Origin: Vicinamibacterales bacterium
GTDB taxonomy: Bacteria; Acidobacteriota; Vicinamibacteria; Vicinamibacterales; UBA8438
DNA length: 64,000 nt
Reading direction: 5' to 3'
NCBI GenBank assembly: GCA_965242835.1
Contig: OZ251506.1
Span: forward strand, 13,179 to 77,178
In this document: piece after piece, positions 10,050 through 22,534 of the stretch
Layout of the letters: each line of letters opens with the position of its first letter
Numbering within the stretch: the stretch's first letter is position 1
Program-made: the position numbers and the translations under genes
Notes under the pieces: generated by a model
Database searches by the model: none
What the model was told of the DNA's origin: nothing
Seen by the model: only the letters and a program-made list of their open reading frames with translations

Positions 10050-10987
10050 GGCCGCGCGGCCTCCCGCGCCGAGAGGTCGACGGTTCCGACCACCTCGCGG
10101 ACCGAGGCGTGGCCGTGGCGCTCGAGGTAGTCGGTCAGGCCCGCGCGGAGCTTCGGCCAGAGGCCCGGATCCTCGAAGTTCGCCGTCCCCACCTGCACGG
10201 CGGCGGCCCCGGCGATCAGGAACTCCAGCGCGTCGCGCGCCGAGGCGATGCCCCCCATGCCGATGATCGGGATGCGCACCGCGTTGCGGCATTCGTACAC
10301 CATGCGGACGGCGATGGGCCGGATCGCCGGGCCGCTGAGACCGCCCACCACGTTGGACAGGAGCGGGCGCCGCGTCTCCACGTCTATGGCCATCGCGAGG
10401 AAGGTGTTCACCAGGGACACGGCGTCGGCGCCGGCGTCCTCGGCGGCGGCGGCCATCGCCGCGACGTCGGTGACGTTCGGCGTCAGCTTGGGGAAGATCG
10501 GCAGGGTCGTCGCCGCCCGCACGGCCCGCACGACGTCGCGCACGCCGCGCAGGCTGCATCCGAAGGTATGGCCGCCCTCGTCGATGTTGGGGCACGAGAT
10601 GTTGATCTCGATGGCGGCCACCCCTTCCGCGTCGGACAGGATCCGGGCGATCTCGGCGTACTCCTCGACCGTCGAACCGCAGACGTTGACGATGACCACG
10701 GCCCGCCGGCTGCGCAGGACGGGCAGCTTCTCGGCCACGAAGGCCCGCACGCCGACGCCCTGCAGGCCGATCGCGTTGAGCATGCCGCTCGGCGTCTCCA
10801 CGATGCGCGGCGGGGCGTGTCCCTCGCGGGCCTCCAGGAACAGCCCCTTGACGGCGACGGCTCCGAGCGCCGACAGGTCGACGAGGCCGGCGTACTCGAC
10901 GCCGTAGCCGAAGCAGCCGCTCGCGGCGATGAGCGGGTTGTCCAGCCGCAGGCCGGCGATCTCGACGCTCAGGTCAGGTCGGCCCAC
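10046..10987 (-). CDS. pyrD: Dihydroorotate dehydrogenase B, catalytic subunit
   Basis: ...[15 protein letters not shown]...[12 protein letters not shown]...EINISCPNI...[10 protein letters not shown]...[11 protein letters not shown]...[16 protein letters not shown]...IPIIGMGGI. The GTG start at 10987 overlaps the pyrK stop. Confidence 0.9.
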   Translation of the reverse strand: MGRPDLSVEIAGLRLDNPLIAASGCFGYGVEYAGLVDLSALGAVAVKGLFLEAREGHAPPRIVETPSGMLNAIGLQGVGVRAFVAEKLPVLRSRRAVVIVNVCGSTVEEYAEIARILSDAEGVAAIEINISCPNIDEGGHTFGCSLRGVRDVVRAVRAATTLPIFPKLTPNVTDVAAMAAAAEDAGADAVSLVNTFLAMAIDVETRRPLLSNVVGGLSGPAIRPIAVRMVYECRNAVRIPIIGMGGIASARDALEFLIAGAAAVQVGTANFEDPGLWPKLRAGLTDYLERHGHASVREVVGTVDLSAREAARP

Positions 10988-11787
10988 GAGACGCGGCTTC
11001 CCTCGAACACCGGACCTTCGAGACAGCCCCGGACGAACCGGGCCCCGCCGTCCAGAACCGGCACCACGCAACTGTAGCAACCGCCGAGCCCGCACCCCAT
11101 GACCGGCTCCAGGGAGACCTGAAGCGGCCGGCCCGCGCGCGCGCAGAGCTCCGCCGCCGCCCGCATCATCGGCGTGGGGCCGCAGGCGTAGACCATCAGC
11201 GGCCGGCCGGCCGCGGCGGCCAGCTCGCGCGCCAGCGGAGCCGTCACCCGCCCCGTTTCGCCCCGCGTGCCGTCCTCGGTCGCCAGCACGACCCGCACCC
11301 CGAGGCGCTCGAAGAACGCGACCCGGTGCAGGTCGGCGCCCGACCGCCCGCCGTAGAAGAGCGTGGCGTCGACGCCCCGCGCCGCGAGCGCCTCGGCCAG
11401 CGTGGCGAACGGGGCCAGCCCGACGCCGCCGGCGACCATCCACGCGCGGGTGGGCGGGTCCACGACCGGGAACGGCACGCCGAGCGGCCCCAGGCAGCGC
11501 AACGGTTCGCCCGGTTCGGCCCGGAAGAGGTCGCGGGTGACCGCGCCCACCTGCTTGCTGAGCAGCGACAGGCCGGTCACGACGCCCCGCGCGTCCCGCA
11601 GGACTTCGAAGACCGAGAACGGACGGCGGAGCAGGGGCTCGCGCCCGAGGGCCCGCTTGACCATCACGAACTGCCCCGGCCGGGTCCGCCGGGCGATGGC
11701 CGGGGCCTCCACCTCGAGGACGTTGTAGGAGTCGGAAAGGCGGTGGTTCGCCGCGATGCGGGCGTCCACGTCGACCGGGCCGGCCAC
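10969..11787 (-). CDS. pyrK: Dihydroorotate dehydrogenase electron-transfer subunit
   Basis: Ferredoxin-reductase-like: PGQFVMV...RRPFSV...GGVGLAPF..., with a C-terminal 2Fe-2S cysteine cluster [13 protein letters not shown]. It lies directly upstream of pyrD. Confidence 0.85.
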   Translation of the reverse strand: MAGPVDVDARIAANHRLSDSYNVLEVEAPAIARRTRPGQFVMVKRALGREPLLRRPFSVFEVLRDARGVVTGLSLLSKQVGAVTRDLFRAEPGEPLRCLGPLGVPFPVVDPPTRAWMVAGGVGLAPFATLAEALAARGVDATLFYGGRSGADLHRVAFFERLGVRVVLATEDGTRGETGRVTAPLARELAAAAGRPLMVYACGPTPMMRAAAELCARAGRPLQVSLEPVMGCGLGGCYSCVVPVLDGGARFVRGCLEGPVFEGSRVSWADLT

Positions 11788-12003
11788 GGCCCCGAGTATA
11801 TCCGAGCGCCCGCGCGTTCCCGGCCGCCCGCCCGCGCGTCTTGCGCCCCCGCGGGGAGCGGACTACGATCCCTGCTGCTCTTCAGGCGCGTCCCGCGAGG
11901 CCGCGAAAGAGGTGACGATGCATCCCGCGCGTCCGCACGTACGAGCCGCCGGCCGGTCCGCGCCGGACGCCGGGGTCCGGAGGCGAACGCCGTGCCGCGG
12001 GTG

Positions 12004-12596
<593 letters not shown>

Positions 12597-12600
<4 letters not shown>

Positions 12601-13592
12601 GCTCGGCCCTCGACGCCCGGGGCGCGGCTGCGGCCGGCCGCCCCGAACCGGCTCCGCGGCTGCGGGCCCGGCACCTGCTGAGCGCCGGCGACCTGAACCG
12701 CGAGGAGATCCTGCTCGTCCTCGACACGGCCGAGGCGATGAAGGAGATCGGCGCGCGGCGCATCAAGAAGGTGCCGACGCTGCGGGGCGCGACCGTCGTC
12801 AACCTCTTCCTGGAGCCGAGCACGCGGACGCGCACGTCGTTCGAGCTCGCCGAGAAGCGGCTGAGCGCCGACACCCTCAACGTCGCCGGGGGCGCGTCGA
12901 GTCTCCTGAAGGGGGAGACGCTGCTGGACACCGCGCGGACGCTCGAGGCGATGGCCCCGGACGTGGTCGTGCTGCGGCATTCCGCGTCGGGCGCCTGCGA
13001 CCTGCTTGCCGGCGTCTGCGGCGCGCGGGTCGTCAACGCGGGCGACGGGATGCACGAGCACCCCACGCAGGCGCTGCTCGACGCGTTCACGATCCGCGGG
13101 CACAAGCCGGGCTTCGAGGGGCTGAAGGTGGCCATCGTCGGCGACCTGCTGCACAGCCGCGTGCTGCGGTCCAACGTCCTGCTGCTGAACGAGCTGGGAG
13201 CGGACGTGTGGGTCTGCGGCCCGCGGACGCTGATGCCGCCCGGCGTGGAACGGTTCGGCGTGCGGGCGACGACGGCGCTGGACGACGCGCTGGACGACGC
13301 CGACGTGGTGATGCTGCTGCGGGTGCAGACGGAACGGATGCACGGGCATTTCTTCCCCTCGCGCCGGGAGTACTTCGCCACCTTCGGGCTGACCGCGGAA
13401 CGGCTCCGGCGGGCCCGCCCCGACGTCATCGTGATGCATCCGGGGCCGATGAACCGCGGGGTCGAGGTCGCCTCCGACGTGGCCGACGGCCCGGTTTCGG
13501 TGATCCTCGAGCAGGTGGCCAACGGCGTCGCGGTGCGGATGGCCGTGCTCTACCTGCTCGCCGGATTCGAGACGAACGAGGGGGCGGCATGA
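12597..13592 (+). CDS. pyrB: Aspartate carbamoyltransferase catalytic subunit
   Basis: ...[20 protein letters not shown]...HPTQALLD...[12 protein letters not shown]...[11 protein letters not shown]. Confidence 0.92.
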
Positions 13593-14908
13593 CGACACGG
13601 GCGGTGGTGCTGGCCGGGGGGCGGGTCGTCGATCCCGGGCAGGGGATCGACGGGGTGGCCGACGTGCGCATCGAGGACGGCCGCGTGGCCGCCGTCGGGG
13701 CCGGGTTGCCGCTCGACGGCGCGCTGCGCGTGGAGGTGCCGGCCGGGTTCGTCGTCTGTCCCGGCTTCATCGACATGCACGTCCATTTCCGGGAGCCCGG
13801 ACAGGAGCACAAGGAGACCATCGCCAGCGGGGCCGCCGCGGCCGTGGCGGGGGGCTTCGCCGCGGCGGCCTGCATGCCGAACACCGACCCGGTCAACGAC
13901 CACGTCGGCGTCACCGAGGAGATCGCCCGCAAGGCGCGCGAGGCGGGGCTCGCCCGGGTGCACCCGATCGGCGCGGTGTCGATGGGCTCGCGGGGCGAGC
14001 GGATGACCGAGATCGGCGCGCTCCGCAAGGCCGGCTGCGTCGGGATTTCCGACGACGGCCGTCCGGTCGCCAGCGCGCTCCTCATGCGGCGGGCGCTCGA
14101 GTACGCGTCCATGTTCGAGATGCCGGTCATCGATCACTGCGAGGAGCCCGCGCTGGCCGCCGGCGGAGTGGTCCACGAGGGCTACCGGGCGACGGCCCTG
14201 GGACTGCGCGGCCAGCCCGCCGAGACCGAGTCGATCATGGTGGAGCGGGACGTCAGCCTGAGCGGCCTGACCGGCGGGCCGGTCCACGTGGCCCACATGA
14301 GCGCGCGCGAGTCGTTGCGGGCGGTGCGCTCGGGCAAGGAGCGCGGCGTCCGGGTCACGTGCGAGGTGACCCCCCACCACTTCATCCTGACGGACGAGGA
14401 CCTGCGCTACGACACCAACTTCAAGATGAACCCCCCGCTGCGCGCGGCGGCGGACCGCGACGCGATGCTCGAAGGGCTCGCCGACGGCAGCATCGACGCC
14501 ATCGCCACCGACCACGCGCCGCACCACGCGGACGAGAAGGCGGTGGAGTTCGACCGGGCGCCGTTCGGCGTCATCGGCCTCGAGACGGCGGTGTCGCTGT
14601 CGCTGGACCGGCTCGTCCACCGGGGCGTGCTCTCCACGGCGCGGCTCGTCGAGCTGTACGCCACGAACCCGGCGCGGATCCTGGGTCTCGAAGGCGGCGC
14701 GCTCGCGCCCGGAAGCGCGGCCGACGTCACCATCCTGGCGCCGGACGCGGAGGTGGAGGTCGCCGCCGCCCGGTTCCGCTCGAAGGCGCGCAACACCCCG
14801 TTCGACGGCTGGCGGCTACGGGGCGCGGCGGCGGCCACGATCGTCGGCGGGCGCGTGGTCTACACCAATCCCGCGGTCCCCGGCGCGGCGGCGCTGGCGT
14901 GGTCCTGA
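13589..14908 (+). CDS. pyrC: Dihydroorotase
   Basis: The ATG at 13589 overlaps the pyrB stop (ATGA). Motifs: ...[14 protein letters not shown]...VSMGSRGE...VHVAHMS...TCEVTPHHF...ATDHAPH. Confidence 0.9.
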   Translation: MTTRAVVLAGGRVVDPGQGIDGVADVRIEDGRVAAVGAGLPLDGALRVEVPAGFVVCPGFIDMHVHFREPGQEHKETIASGAAAAVAGGFAAAACMPNTDPVNDHVGVTEEIARKAREAGLARVHPIGAVSMGSRGERMTEIGALRKAGCVGISDDGRPVASALLMRRALEYASMFEMPVIDHCEEPALAAGGVVHEGYRATALGLRGQPAETESIMVERDVSLSGLTGGPVHVAHMSARESLRAVRSGKERGVRVTCEVTPHHFILTDEDLRYDTNFKMNPPLRAAADRDAMLEGLADGSIDAIATDHAPHHADEKAVEFDRAPFGVIGLETAVSLSLDRLVHRGVLSTARLVELYATNPARILGLEGGALAPGSAADVTILAPDAEVEVAAARFRSKARNTPFDGWRLRGAAAATIVGGRVVYTNPAVPGAAALAWS

Positions 14909-16003
14909 CCCGCTCCGCGCGACCACGTCGGCGTAGACCGCCTCCGTCTCCGCGACCATTCGATCGACGCTGAACGCCGCGCGGGCCCGCCGCCTTCCCG
15001 CCGCGCCGAACGCCCGCCGCCTCGGGCCGTCCCGCAGCAGGGCGGCGACGGCCCGGGCCAGCGCCGGCGCGTCGGCCGGCGGCGCGAGCAGCCCCGTCTC
15101 TCCATCGACGACGCTCTCGGGGATGCCTCCCGCGCGGGTGCCGACCACGGCCAGCCCGGCCGCCATCGCGTCGAGCACCGAGGTGCCGAGTCCCTCGCTG
15201 ACCGAGCTCATGACGAAGAGGTCGAGTCCCTTCAGCACCGACGGCACGTCGGACCGGAACCCGGCCAGGATCACCCGGCCCTCCAGTCCCAGGCGCCCGA
15301 CCTGCCGGGCGAGGGCGCTCCGCAGCTCCCCCGCGCCGACGATCAGCACCCGCGCGGCGGGGAGCTCGCGGACGACCCGCGCCGCGGCGTCGATCAGATG
15401 GCGCTGCCCCTTGTGCGGGGCCAGGGCGGCGACGTTGCCGACGATCGGACAACCCGCCGGCAGGTCGAACTCGCGGTGGAGGTCGAGGGCGGGCGCCCGC
15501 TCGATGCGCTCGACGTCCGTCCCTTCGTACACGACGCAGGTCCGCTCCGGCGGCACGCCTTCCGCGGACAGCACGCCGCGGATCGCGGCCGAGGCGCAGA
15601 CGAAGCGGTCCACCCGCCGGTGCTTCCAGCGCGAGAACGCATGGCCGCGGAGGGGGAAGTCGACCCGCCGCGCGGCGATCAGGGGGGGAGCCGCCCGCGG
15701 TCCGGCCAGCGCCCGGGCGAGCGCGGCGACGGCCGCCGCGTGCGCGTCGTGGGCGTGGATCACGTCCGGCCGCAGGCGGCGCAGCAGCCGCGAGAGCCTC
15801 CAGGCGGCCGCCGGGTCCAGGTCTCCCCGCACGGCCAGCGGAAGCAGGTCCGCGTCGCCGGCGGCGCGCCGGTACAGCTCGCCCCGCGGCTGGGCGGCGA
15901 GCGCGGCGCGCAGGCCCCGCCGCCGCAGGCCGCGCACCGTCAGCAGGGCCTGGTGCTGGCCGCCGCGCCACGTCCGCGCCGTGTCGACGTGCAGGGAGAA
16001 CAT
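14816..16003 (-). CDS. Glycosyltransferase family 4 (GT-B fold)
   Basis: ...PDVIHAHDAHAA...HKGQRHLIDAA...LIVGAGELRS...LFVMSSVSEGLGTSVLDAMAAGLAVVGTRAGGIPESVVDGETGLL (EX7E region). The 3' end overlaps the pyrC 3' end on the opposite strand. Confidence 0.8.
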   Translation of the reverse strand: MFSLHVDTARTWRGGQHQALLTVRGLRRRGLRAALAAQPRGELYRRAAGDADLLPLAVRGDLDPAAAWRLSRLLRRLRPDVIHAHDAHAAAVAALARALAGPRAAPPLIAARRVDFPLRGHAFSRWKHRRVDRFVCASAAIRGVLSAEGVPPERTCVVYEGTDVERIERAPALDLHREFDLPAGCPIVGNVAALAPHKGQRHLIDAAARVVRELPAARVLIVGAGELRSALARQVGRLGLEGRVILAGFRSDVPSVLKGLDLFVMSSVSEGLGTSVLDAMAAGLAVVGTRAGGIPESVVDGETGLLAPPADAPALARAVAALLRDGPRRRAFGAAGRRRARAAFSVDRMVAETEAVYADVVARSGSGPRQRRRAGDRGIGVDHAPADDRGRRRAP

Positions 16004-16027
16004 GAACGTGGTGGCCGCCCCGCCGGG

Positions 16028-16792
16028 TCAGCGCCGCTCCGCTCCGCCGCCGCGCTGCCGCTCCCACAGCTTGACGAACTTCAGAAGGACGTAGCCGGCG
16101 TTCAGCATCGAGACGATCAACCCCCGCGCGCCGTCGCGCGCGCCGCCGCGGAGCACGTAGTTGCGCAGGAAGGCCGCCGGCGGACGGGCGGCCAGGTCGA
16201 TCCAGCCGGCGCGGCGGCCCTCGCGGTGCATCTGCCGGGCGGCCAGCGTCGTGTAGCGGTCGATGGTCCGCAGGTGGTGCGACACGTCGCGGTAGGGGTG
16301 GTGCTCCAGCGTCCCCCGCAACCGCCCGACGGGGCCGTCGACCGCCACCGACTCGTGCACCAGGCGTTCGTTCCAGCGGCCGGCGCGGCGGTCGTACAGG
16401 CGCAACGGAAGGTCGTGCCGCCAGTCGGTGGAACGGATCCAGCCGCCCAGATAGCGCGTCACGCGCGGGAGGCGGTAGCCCCGGGCGGCCGGCTCCGACT
16501 CCAGCAGCGACCGGATCTCGCGCGCCAGGCCCGGCGTGACGCGTTCGTCCGCGTCGAGCGACAGGATCCAGTCGTGCGCCGCCAGCCGCGCCGCGTGGTT
16601 CTTCTGCGGGCCGAAGCCCTCCCAGTCGCGCGACGCGACGCGATCCGCGATCTCGCGCGCGATGCGCACCGTCTCGTCGGCGCTCCCGGAATCGACCACG
16701 ACGAGCTCGTCCGCCCAGCGCGCCGACTCCAGCGCGGCGCGGACGTTCGCGGCTTCGTTCCTGGTGATGACGACCACCGAGAGGGGGGGCAT
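16028..16792 (-). CDS. Glycosyltransferase family 2
   Basis: The ATG at 16792 starts MPPLSVVVITRNEAANVRAALES...ELVVVDSGSADETV...WILSLDADERV (DxD / ED motifs). Confidence 0.8.
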   Translation of the reverse strand: MPPLSVVVITRNEAANVRAALESARWADELVVVDSGSADETVRIAREIADRVASRDWEGFGPQKNHAARLAAHDWILSLDADERVTPGLAREIRSLLESEPAARGYRLPRVTRYLGGWIRSTDWRHDLPLRLYDRRAGRWNERLVHESVAVDGPVGRLRGTLEHHPYRDVSHHLRTIDRYTTLAARQMHREGRRAGWIDLAARPPAAFLRNYVLRGGARDGARGLIVSMLNAGYVLLKFVKLWERQRGGGAERR

Positions 16793-16855
16793 GGAGCTGG
16801 CCCCGAGTCTACCAAAGCGCCTCTGTATACTTGCCCACGATCCGGGCGGGATCCC

Positions 16856-17452
16856 ATGCATTCCGACGATCTGCTGCAGCGCTTCCGGGACGCCGGCGCC
16901 CTGCTCGAGGGGCACTTCCAGCTCTCGTCCGGCCTGCACAGTCCGGGCTACCTGCAGTGCGCGCTGCTGCTCCAGCATCCGCCGCAGGCCGAGGCGCTCG
17001 GCGCGGAGCTCGCGGAGCGGGTGCGTCCGCTTTCGCCGGGCGTCGTCCTGTCCCCGGCCCTCGGCGGCGTGGTCATCGGACACGAGGTGGCCCGCGCGCT
17101 CGGCGTCCGGGCCGTCTTCGCCGAGCGGCGCGGCGGCCGGCTGACGCTGCGCCGGGGCTTCGCGCTCGCCCCCGCCGAGCGGGTCCTCGTCGTCGAGGAC
17201 GTCGTCACCACCGGCGGCTCGACCCGCGAGACCATGGCCGTGGCGCGCGAATCGGGCGCCGACGTCGTCGGGGCCGCGGCCCTCGTCGACCGGAGCGGTT
17301 CGCGGGCCGCCTTCGACGTGCCCTTCGAGGCGCTGGCGGCCGTGTCGTGGCCCGCGCACGAACCCGCGGCGTGTCCGCTGTGCGCGCGGGGAACGCCGGT
17401 GGTCAAGCCCGGCTCGCGGCCGGGCGCGGCGGCCCGGGCGTCCGGGCCGTAA
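16856..17452 (+). CDS. pyrE: Orotate phosphoribosyltransferase
   Basis: ...GHFQLSSGLHSPGYLQC...VLVVEDVVTTGGSTRE (PRPP-binding motif). Confidence 0.88.
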   Translation: MHSDDLLQRFRDAGALLEGHFQLSSGLHSPGYLQCALLLQHPPQAEALGAELAERVRPLSPGVVLSPALGGVVIGHEVARALGVRAVFAERRGGRLTLRRGFALAPAERVLVVEDVVTTGGSTRETMAVARESGADVVGAAALVDRSGSRAAFDVPFEALAAVSWPAHEPAACPLCARGTPVVKPGSRPGAAARASGP

Positions 17453-17462
17453 CGGCGCGGCG

Positions 17463-18230
17463 ATGCGCACGATCAAGCTGACCCTCTCCTACGACGGGAC
17501 CGAGTACGTCGGCTGGCAGCGCCAGGCCCGTGGGCGTTCCATCCAGGGCGAGCTGGAGCGCGCGCTGGCCGAGATCGAGGGGCGGGCGGTGGACGTCGCC
17601 GGCGCCGGCCGGACGGACGCCGGCGCGCACGCGCTGGGGCAGGTCGCCAGCGTTCAGCTCGCCCACGGGATCGAGACGGCCGCGCTGGTCCGGGCGCTGA
17701 ACGCGAAGCTGCCCGCCGACGTGCGCCTGCTCGCGGCCGAGACGGTGGCGGCCGGCTTCCACGCCCGCTACGCGGCGCGCGGAAAGACGTATCGGTACAA
17801 TCTGATCTCCGGCCCCGCCGCGAACCCCTTCACGCCGCGCTACGCGTGGCGCGTCCGCGGGCCGCTCGACCTCGACGCCATGCGCGAAGCCGCCGCCCGG
17901 CTGCCGGGGCGCCGCGACTTCGCGGCGTTCCAGGCCGCGGGGTCGGACGTGGCGTCGACGGTGCGGACCCTGCGCTCGGTCGCCGTCGGGTCCACGGACG
18001 CCGTATGGCCGGCGCCGGGGGCCGTTCCGGCGCCGGCGCTGACGATAGAAGTCGCCGGCGACGGGTTCCTCCGGCACATGGTGCGGATCATCGTCGGGAC
18101 GCTCGTCGAGGTCGGGGCCGGCCGCCTCGAGGCCGCCGCGGTCCCCGAGATCGCCGCGTCCCGGCGGCGGGAGCGCGCGGGACCGACGGCGCCGCCGCAA
18201 GGGCTGTTTCTGCTCGCCGTCGATTACTGA
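17463..18230 (+). CDS. truA: tRNA pseudouridine(38-40) synthase
   Basis: MRTIKLTLSYDGTEYVGWQRQ...AGRTDAGAHALGQV...FLRHMVRIIVGTL. Confidence 0.9.
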   Translation: MRTIKLTLSYDGTEYVGWQRQARGRSIQGELERALAEIEGRAVDVAGAGRTDAGAHALGQVASVQLAHGIETAALVRALNAKLPADVRLLAAETVAAGFHARYAARGKTYRYNLISGPAANPFTPRYAWRVRGPLDLDAMREAAARLPGRRDFAAFQAAGSDVASTVRTLRSVAVGSTDAVWPAPGAVPAPALTIEVAGDGFLRHMVRIIVGTLVEVGAGRLEAAAVPEIAASRRRERAGPTAPPQGLFLLAVDY

Positions 18231-18245
18231 TTATCATTGGCAACC

Positions 18246-19036
<791 letters not shown>

Positions 19037-19040
<4 letters not shown>

Positions 19041-19831
19041 CCAGGGTCCTCAGCGGGCTGGCGCTGGCGGTCCTGGCCGCGGGGGCGATCTGGTTCCTTC
19101 CGCCGCCCGCCGCCGCCGCGCTGGCCGGCGGCGTGCTGCTGCTCGCGTTCGTGGAGTACGCCCGTCTCGCGGAATCGGCCGGGCTGGTCCTGGCCCGCGT
19201 TCCCTGCGGGGCCGCGGTGCTCGCGGCGGGCGCGGCGGTCGCCCTGGCCCCCGCCGCCCTCGGGCTGGTCGCGATGGCCGCCGGCCTGCTGATCGCGCTG
19301 ACGGTGCTGGCCCGCGGGCGCCGCGAGGACGCGCTGGCGAGCGCGGGGGCCGCCGCGTTCGCGGTGCTCTACATCGGGCTCCCGCTGGGCGCGCTGGCGG
19401 CGCTGGCCCTGGACGCGGGCCGCGAGGCGCTGTCGCTGCTGATCGCCACCGTCGCGGTCAGCGACACGGCGCAGTACTACGGCGGCCGCCGGCTGGGCCG
19501 GCGCAAGCTGGCGCCCGCGGTGAGCCCCGGCAAGACGGTCGAGGGGGCGGTCTGCGGGGCCGTCGCCGCCACGGCCGCGTTCGTTTTCCTCGGCGCCTGG
19601 TGGCTGCCCGCCCTGGACCCGCCCGCGCGCGCGGTGGTCGGGACGACGCTCGCGCTCAGCGGCATGGCCGGCGACCTGTTCGAGTCGCACCTGAAGCGCG
19701 CCTCCGGGATGAAGGACTCCTCGGGCCTCGTTCCGGGTCACGGCGGGGTGCTCGACCGCATCGACGCGCTCCTGTTCGCGGCGCCCGTCCACTACGCCGT
19801 GGTGACCTTCGGGGGAGCGCGGCTGCCGTGA
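19037..19831 (+). CDS. cdsA: Phosphatidate cytidylyltransferase
   Basis: Multi-pass membrane protein. Motifs: ...SDTAQYYGGRRLGRRKLAPAVSPGKTVEG...GDLFESHLKRASGMKDSSGLVPGHGGVLDRIDALLF. The GTG start overlaps the uppS stop. Confidence 0.85.
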
Positions 19832-20991
19832 AGCGCATCGCCGTCCTCGGCTCCACGGGCTCGATCGGCCGTAGCGCGCTCGCGGTCGCGGCCGCGCATC
19901 CGGAGCGCCTCGAAGTAGTCGGCCTGGCGGCCGGACGCAACGTCGAGCGTTTCGCCGAGCAGGTCGCGCGCGTGCGCCCCGCGGTAGTCGCGCTGGCCGA
20001 CGAGCCGGCGCTGGACCGCTTGCGGGCGTCCGGCGCGCTGGCCGGCGGCGTGGTCTCGGGATGGGGCGAAGACGGTCTGAGCGCGGTCGCCACGCACCCG
20101 CGCGTGGAGCTCGTGCTCTGCGCCTCGGCGGGCACGGCGGCGCTGGGCGCCACGCTGGCGGCCATCGAGGCGGGCAAGACCGTCGCCCTGGCCAACAAGG
20201 AAGTGCTGGTGACGGCCGGCGGCCTGATGGTCGAGGCGGCGCGGCGGCGCGGCGTGGCCATCCTCCCGGTGGACAGCGAGCACAACGCGATCCACCAGTG
20301 CGTCGACGGCCGCGCGGCGGACGACGTGCTGCGCTACGTCCTCACGGCGTCGGGCGGGCCGTTCCGGGACCGGCCGGCCGCGGAACTGGCGGCGGTGACC
20401 CCGGAGGACGCGCTGCGCCACCCCACGTGGTCGATGGGCCCCAAGATCACCGTCGATTCGGCGACGTTGATGAACAAGGGACTCGAGGTGATCGAGGCGC
20501 GCTGGCTCTTCGACGCGCCGCCCGAGCGCATCGACGTCGTGGTCCATCCGCAGTCGGTCGTGCATTCGCTCGTCGAGTTGCGCGACGGTTCGGTCATCGC
20601 GCAGCTCGGCGTGGCCGACATGCGCCTGCCCATCCAGTACGCGTTCTCCTACCCCGAGCGCTGGCCGGCGCCGCTGCCCTCGCTGGACCTCACCTCCTGC
20701 GGGCCGCTCGACTTCCAGGCTCCCGACACGGATCGGTTTCCGTGTCTCGATCTCGCGTACCAGGCGTTGCGCGCCGGGGCGGCCTTTCCCGCCGTGCTCA
20801 ACGCGGCCAACGAGGTGGCGGTGGCGGCGTTCCTGGAGCGCCGGCTGCCGTTCCCCGCGATCCCGCGGGTGATCGAGACCACCCTCGAAGCCGCGGCCGG
20901 GCGCGCGCCGGGCGAACCGGCGACGCTCGCCGAGGTCCGCGAACTGGACGCCTGGGCGCGGTCCTTTTCGTCTTCCGTCGCGGACGGGTAG
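19828..20991 (+). CDS. dxr: 1-deoxy-D-xylulose-5-phosphate reductoisomerase
   Basis: VKRIAVLGSTGSIGRSAL...ALANKE...PVDSEHNAI...ASGGPFR...HPTWSMGPKITVDSATLMNKGLE. Confidence 0.92.
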   Translation: MKRIAVLGSTGSIGRSALAVAAAHPERLEVVGLAAGRNVERFAEQVARVRPAVVALADEPALDRLRASGALAGGVVSGWGEDGLSAVATHPRVELVLCASAGTAALGATLAAIEAGKTVALANKEVLVTAGGLMVEAARRRGVAILPVDSEHNAIHQCVDGRAADDVLRYVLTASGGPFRDRPAAELAAVTPEDALRHPTWSMGPKITVDSATLMNKGLEVIEARWLFDAPPERIDVVVHPQSVVHSLVELRDGSVIAQLGVADMRLPIQYAFSYPERWPAPLPSLDLTSCGPLDFQAPDTDRFPCLDLAYQALRAGAAFPAVLNAANEVAVAAFLERRLPFPAIPRVIETTLEAAAGRAPGEPATLAEVRELDAWARSFSSSVADG

Positions 20992-21030
20992 AATCAGACG
21001 AGGCGCTCCCGACAACCGGATGAATCAGCC

Positions 21031-22350
21031 GTGACCACCCTGCTCGCATTCCTGTTCGTCCTCGGCGTGCTCATCTTCGTGCACGAGCTGGGCCACTTCC
21101 TGATGGCCCGCCGGCTCGGCGTGCGGGTGCTGACCTTCTCCCTCGGGTTCGGGCCGAAGATCCTCCGGGCCACGCGCGGCGACACCGAGTACTGCGTCAG
21201 CGCGATCCCGCTGGGCGGCTACGTCAAGATGGCGGGCGAGCACGGGGCGGAGAACCGCGTCGGCGCGCCCGACGAGTTCATGTCGAAGTCCAAGGGGGAG
21301 CGCTTCCTGGTGCTCGTCATGGGACCGGCGATGAACCTGGTCCTCGCCGTCCTCGTGATGTGGCTGGTGCTCTACCAGGGGGCCGAGGAGCCCGCGTTCG
21401 AGCTCCAGCCGCCGGTGGTCGGCCGCGTGGCGGAGGATTCTCCCGCCGCCCGCGCCGGAATCGCGGCGGGCGAGCGGATCGTGAGCGTCGCCGGCCGGGC
21501 CGTCGACACATGGGACGCGCTGTACCTGGAGGTCATGCCCCGCGCGGAGCGCGAGATCCCGGTCGTGGTGCGCGGCGTGGACGGGCGGGAGCGGACGCTG
21601 CAGATGACCCCGGACTCGCAGACCCGCTTCGAGATGGGCGACATCGGCGTCGGACCCGCGCTGCGCCCCCAGGTCGTGCAGGTCATGCCCGGCGAGCCGG
21701 CCGAGCGGGCCGGGCTCCGGGCCCGCGACGTCATCGAGGCGGTCGACGGGGAGAGGGTCGACCACGCCGAGTTGATCGCGCGCATCAACGCCAGCCCGGA
21801 CGTCCCGCTGCGCCTGACCGTGCGCCGCGGCGGCGAAACGCGGGAGGTCCGCGTCACGCCGGCGTTGCGGGGGGACGTCGGCCTGACCGGCATGACCGTC
21901 AATCCGTACGAGACGCGGATCGTCGAACCGGGCTTCTTCGAGGCGTTCGGGATGAGCCTCCGCCGGAACTACGAGTGGTCCGGGCTGATCTTCCAGACCC
22001 TGTGGGGGCTGCTGACGGCGGAGACGTCGCCGCGGCAGCTCGTCGGCCCGGTCGGCATCGCCCAGTTGTCCGGCAGCGCGGCCCAGGTGGGGTGGGTCGA
22101 GCTGTTCAGCCTCATGGCCATGATCTCGCTGAACCTCGGCATCCTGAACCTGCTGCCGATTCCGGTCCTCGACGGGGGCCACATCTTCATCATGGGGATG
22201 GAGAGCGTGGCGCGCCGCGACTTCAGCATGCGCGTCAAGGAGCGGATGCTGCTGGCCGGCTTCGTCGTCCTGATGATGCTGATGGTCACCGTCATCTACA
22301 ACGACCTGACCCGCATCCAGTGGATCGAAGCGCTCATGCCCTGGCGCTGA
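21031..22350 (+). CDS. rseP: RIP (site-2) zinc metalloprotease RseP
   Basis: HELGHFLMAR zinc motif, PDZ segments and C-terminal NLLPIPVLDGGHI. Confidence 0.9.
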   Translation: MTTLLAFLFVLGVLIFVHELGHFLMARRLGVRVLTFSLGFGPKILRATRGDTEYCVSAIPLGGYVKMAGEHGAENRVGAPDEFMSKSKGERFLVLVMGPAMNLVLAVLVMWLVLYQGAEEPAFELQPPVVGRVAEDSPAARAGIAAGERIVSVAGRAVDTWDALYLEVMPRAEREIPVVVRGVDGRERTLQMTPDSQTRFEMGDIGVGPALRPQVVQVMPGEPAERAGLRARDVIEAVDGERVDHAELIARINASPDVPLRLTVRRGGETREVRVTPALRGDVGLTGMTVNPYETRIVEPGFFEAFGMSLRRNYEWSGLIFQTLWGLLTAETSPRQLVGPVGIAQLSGSAAQVGWVELFSLMAMISLNLGILNLLPIPVLDGGHIFIMGMESVARRDFSMRVKERMLLAGFVVLMMLMVTVIYNDLTRIQWIEALMPWR

Positions 22351-22534
22351 CGCCCGCCAGGCGTCGGGCCGCGGCGCGCACCGCCCGGACTGCGCCGTTC
22401 CGCGTTCGGACGCGCTCCACGCGCGCCAGCGCCGCGCCCGCGCCGCGGATACCGCGCGGACGAAGCTGAGCCGGCGTCGGCCGGCGGCCGCGTCGGGGCG
22501 CCGTCCGCCGTCCACCGTTCCGCACCGGACGCCC

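Noticed and set aside
11788-12003. Search for a PyrR-binding attenuator hairpin (UCCAGAGAGG-type loop) in the pyrK/pyrR divergent intergenic region and before pyrB.
   Set aside because: I found only loosely similar GC-rich hairpins (for example around GUCCCGCGAGGCCGCGAAAGAGG) and no convincing consensus loop, so I cannot support a call without a covariance-model scan.
14816-14908. A 93-nt tail-to-tail overlap of pyrC and the GT4 glycosyltransferase.
   Set aside because: It is probably an over-extended GT4 C-terminus (an Arg-rich tail after the conserved domain) or a genuine convergent overlap. There is nothing to suggest a functional element.
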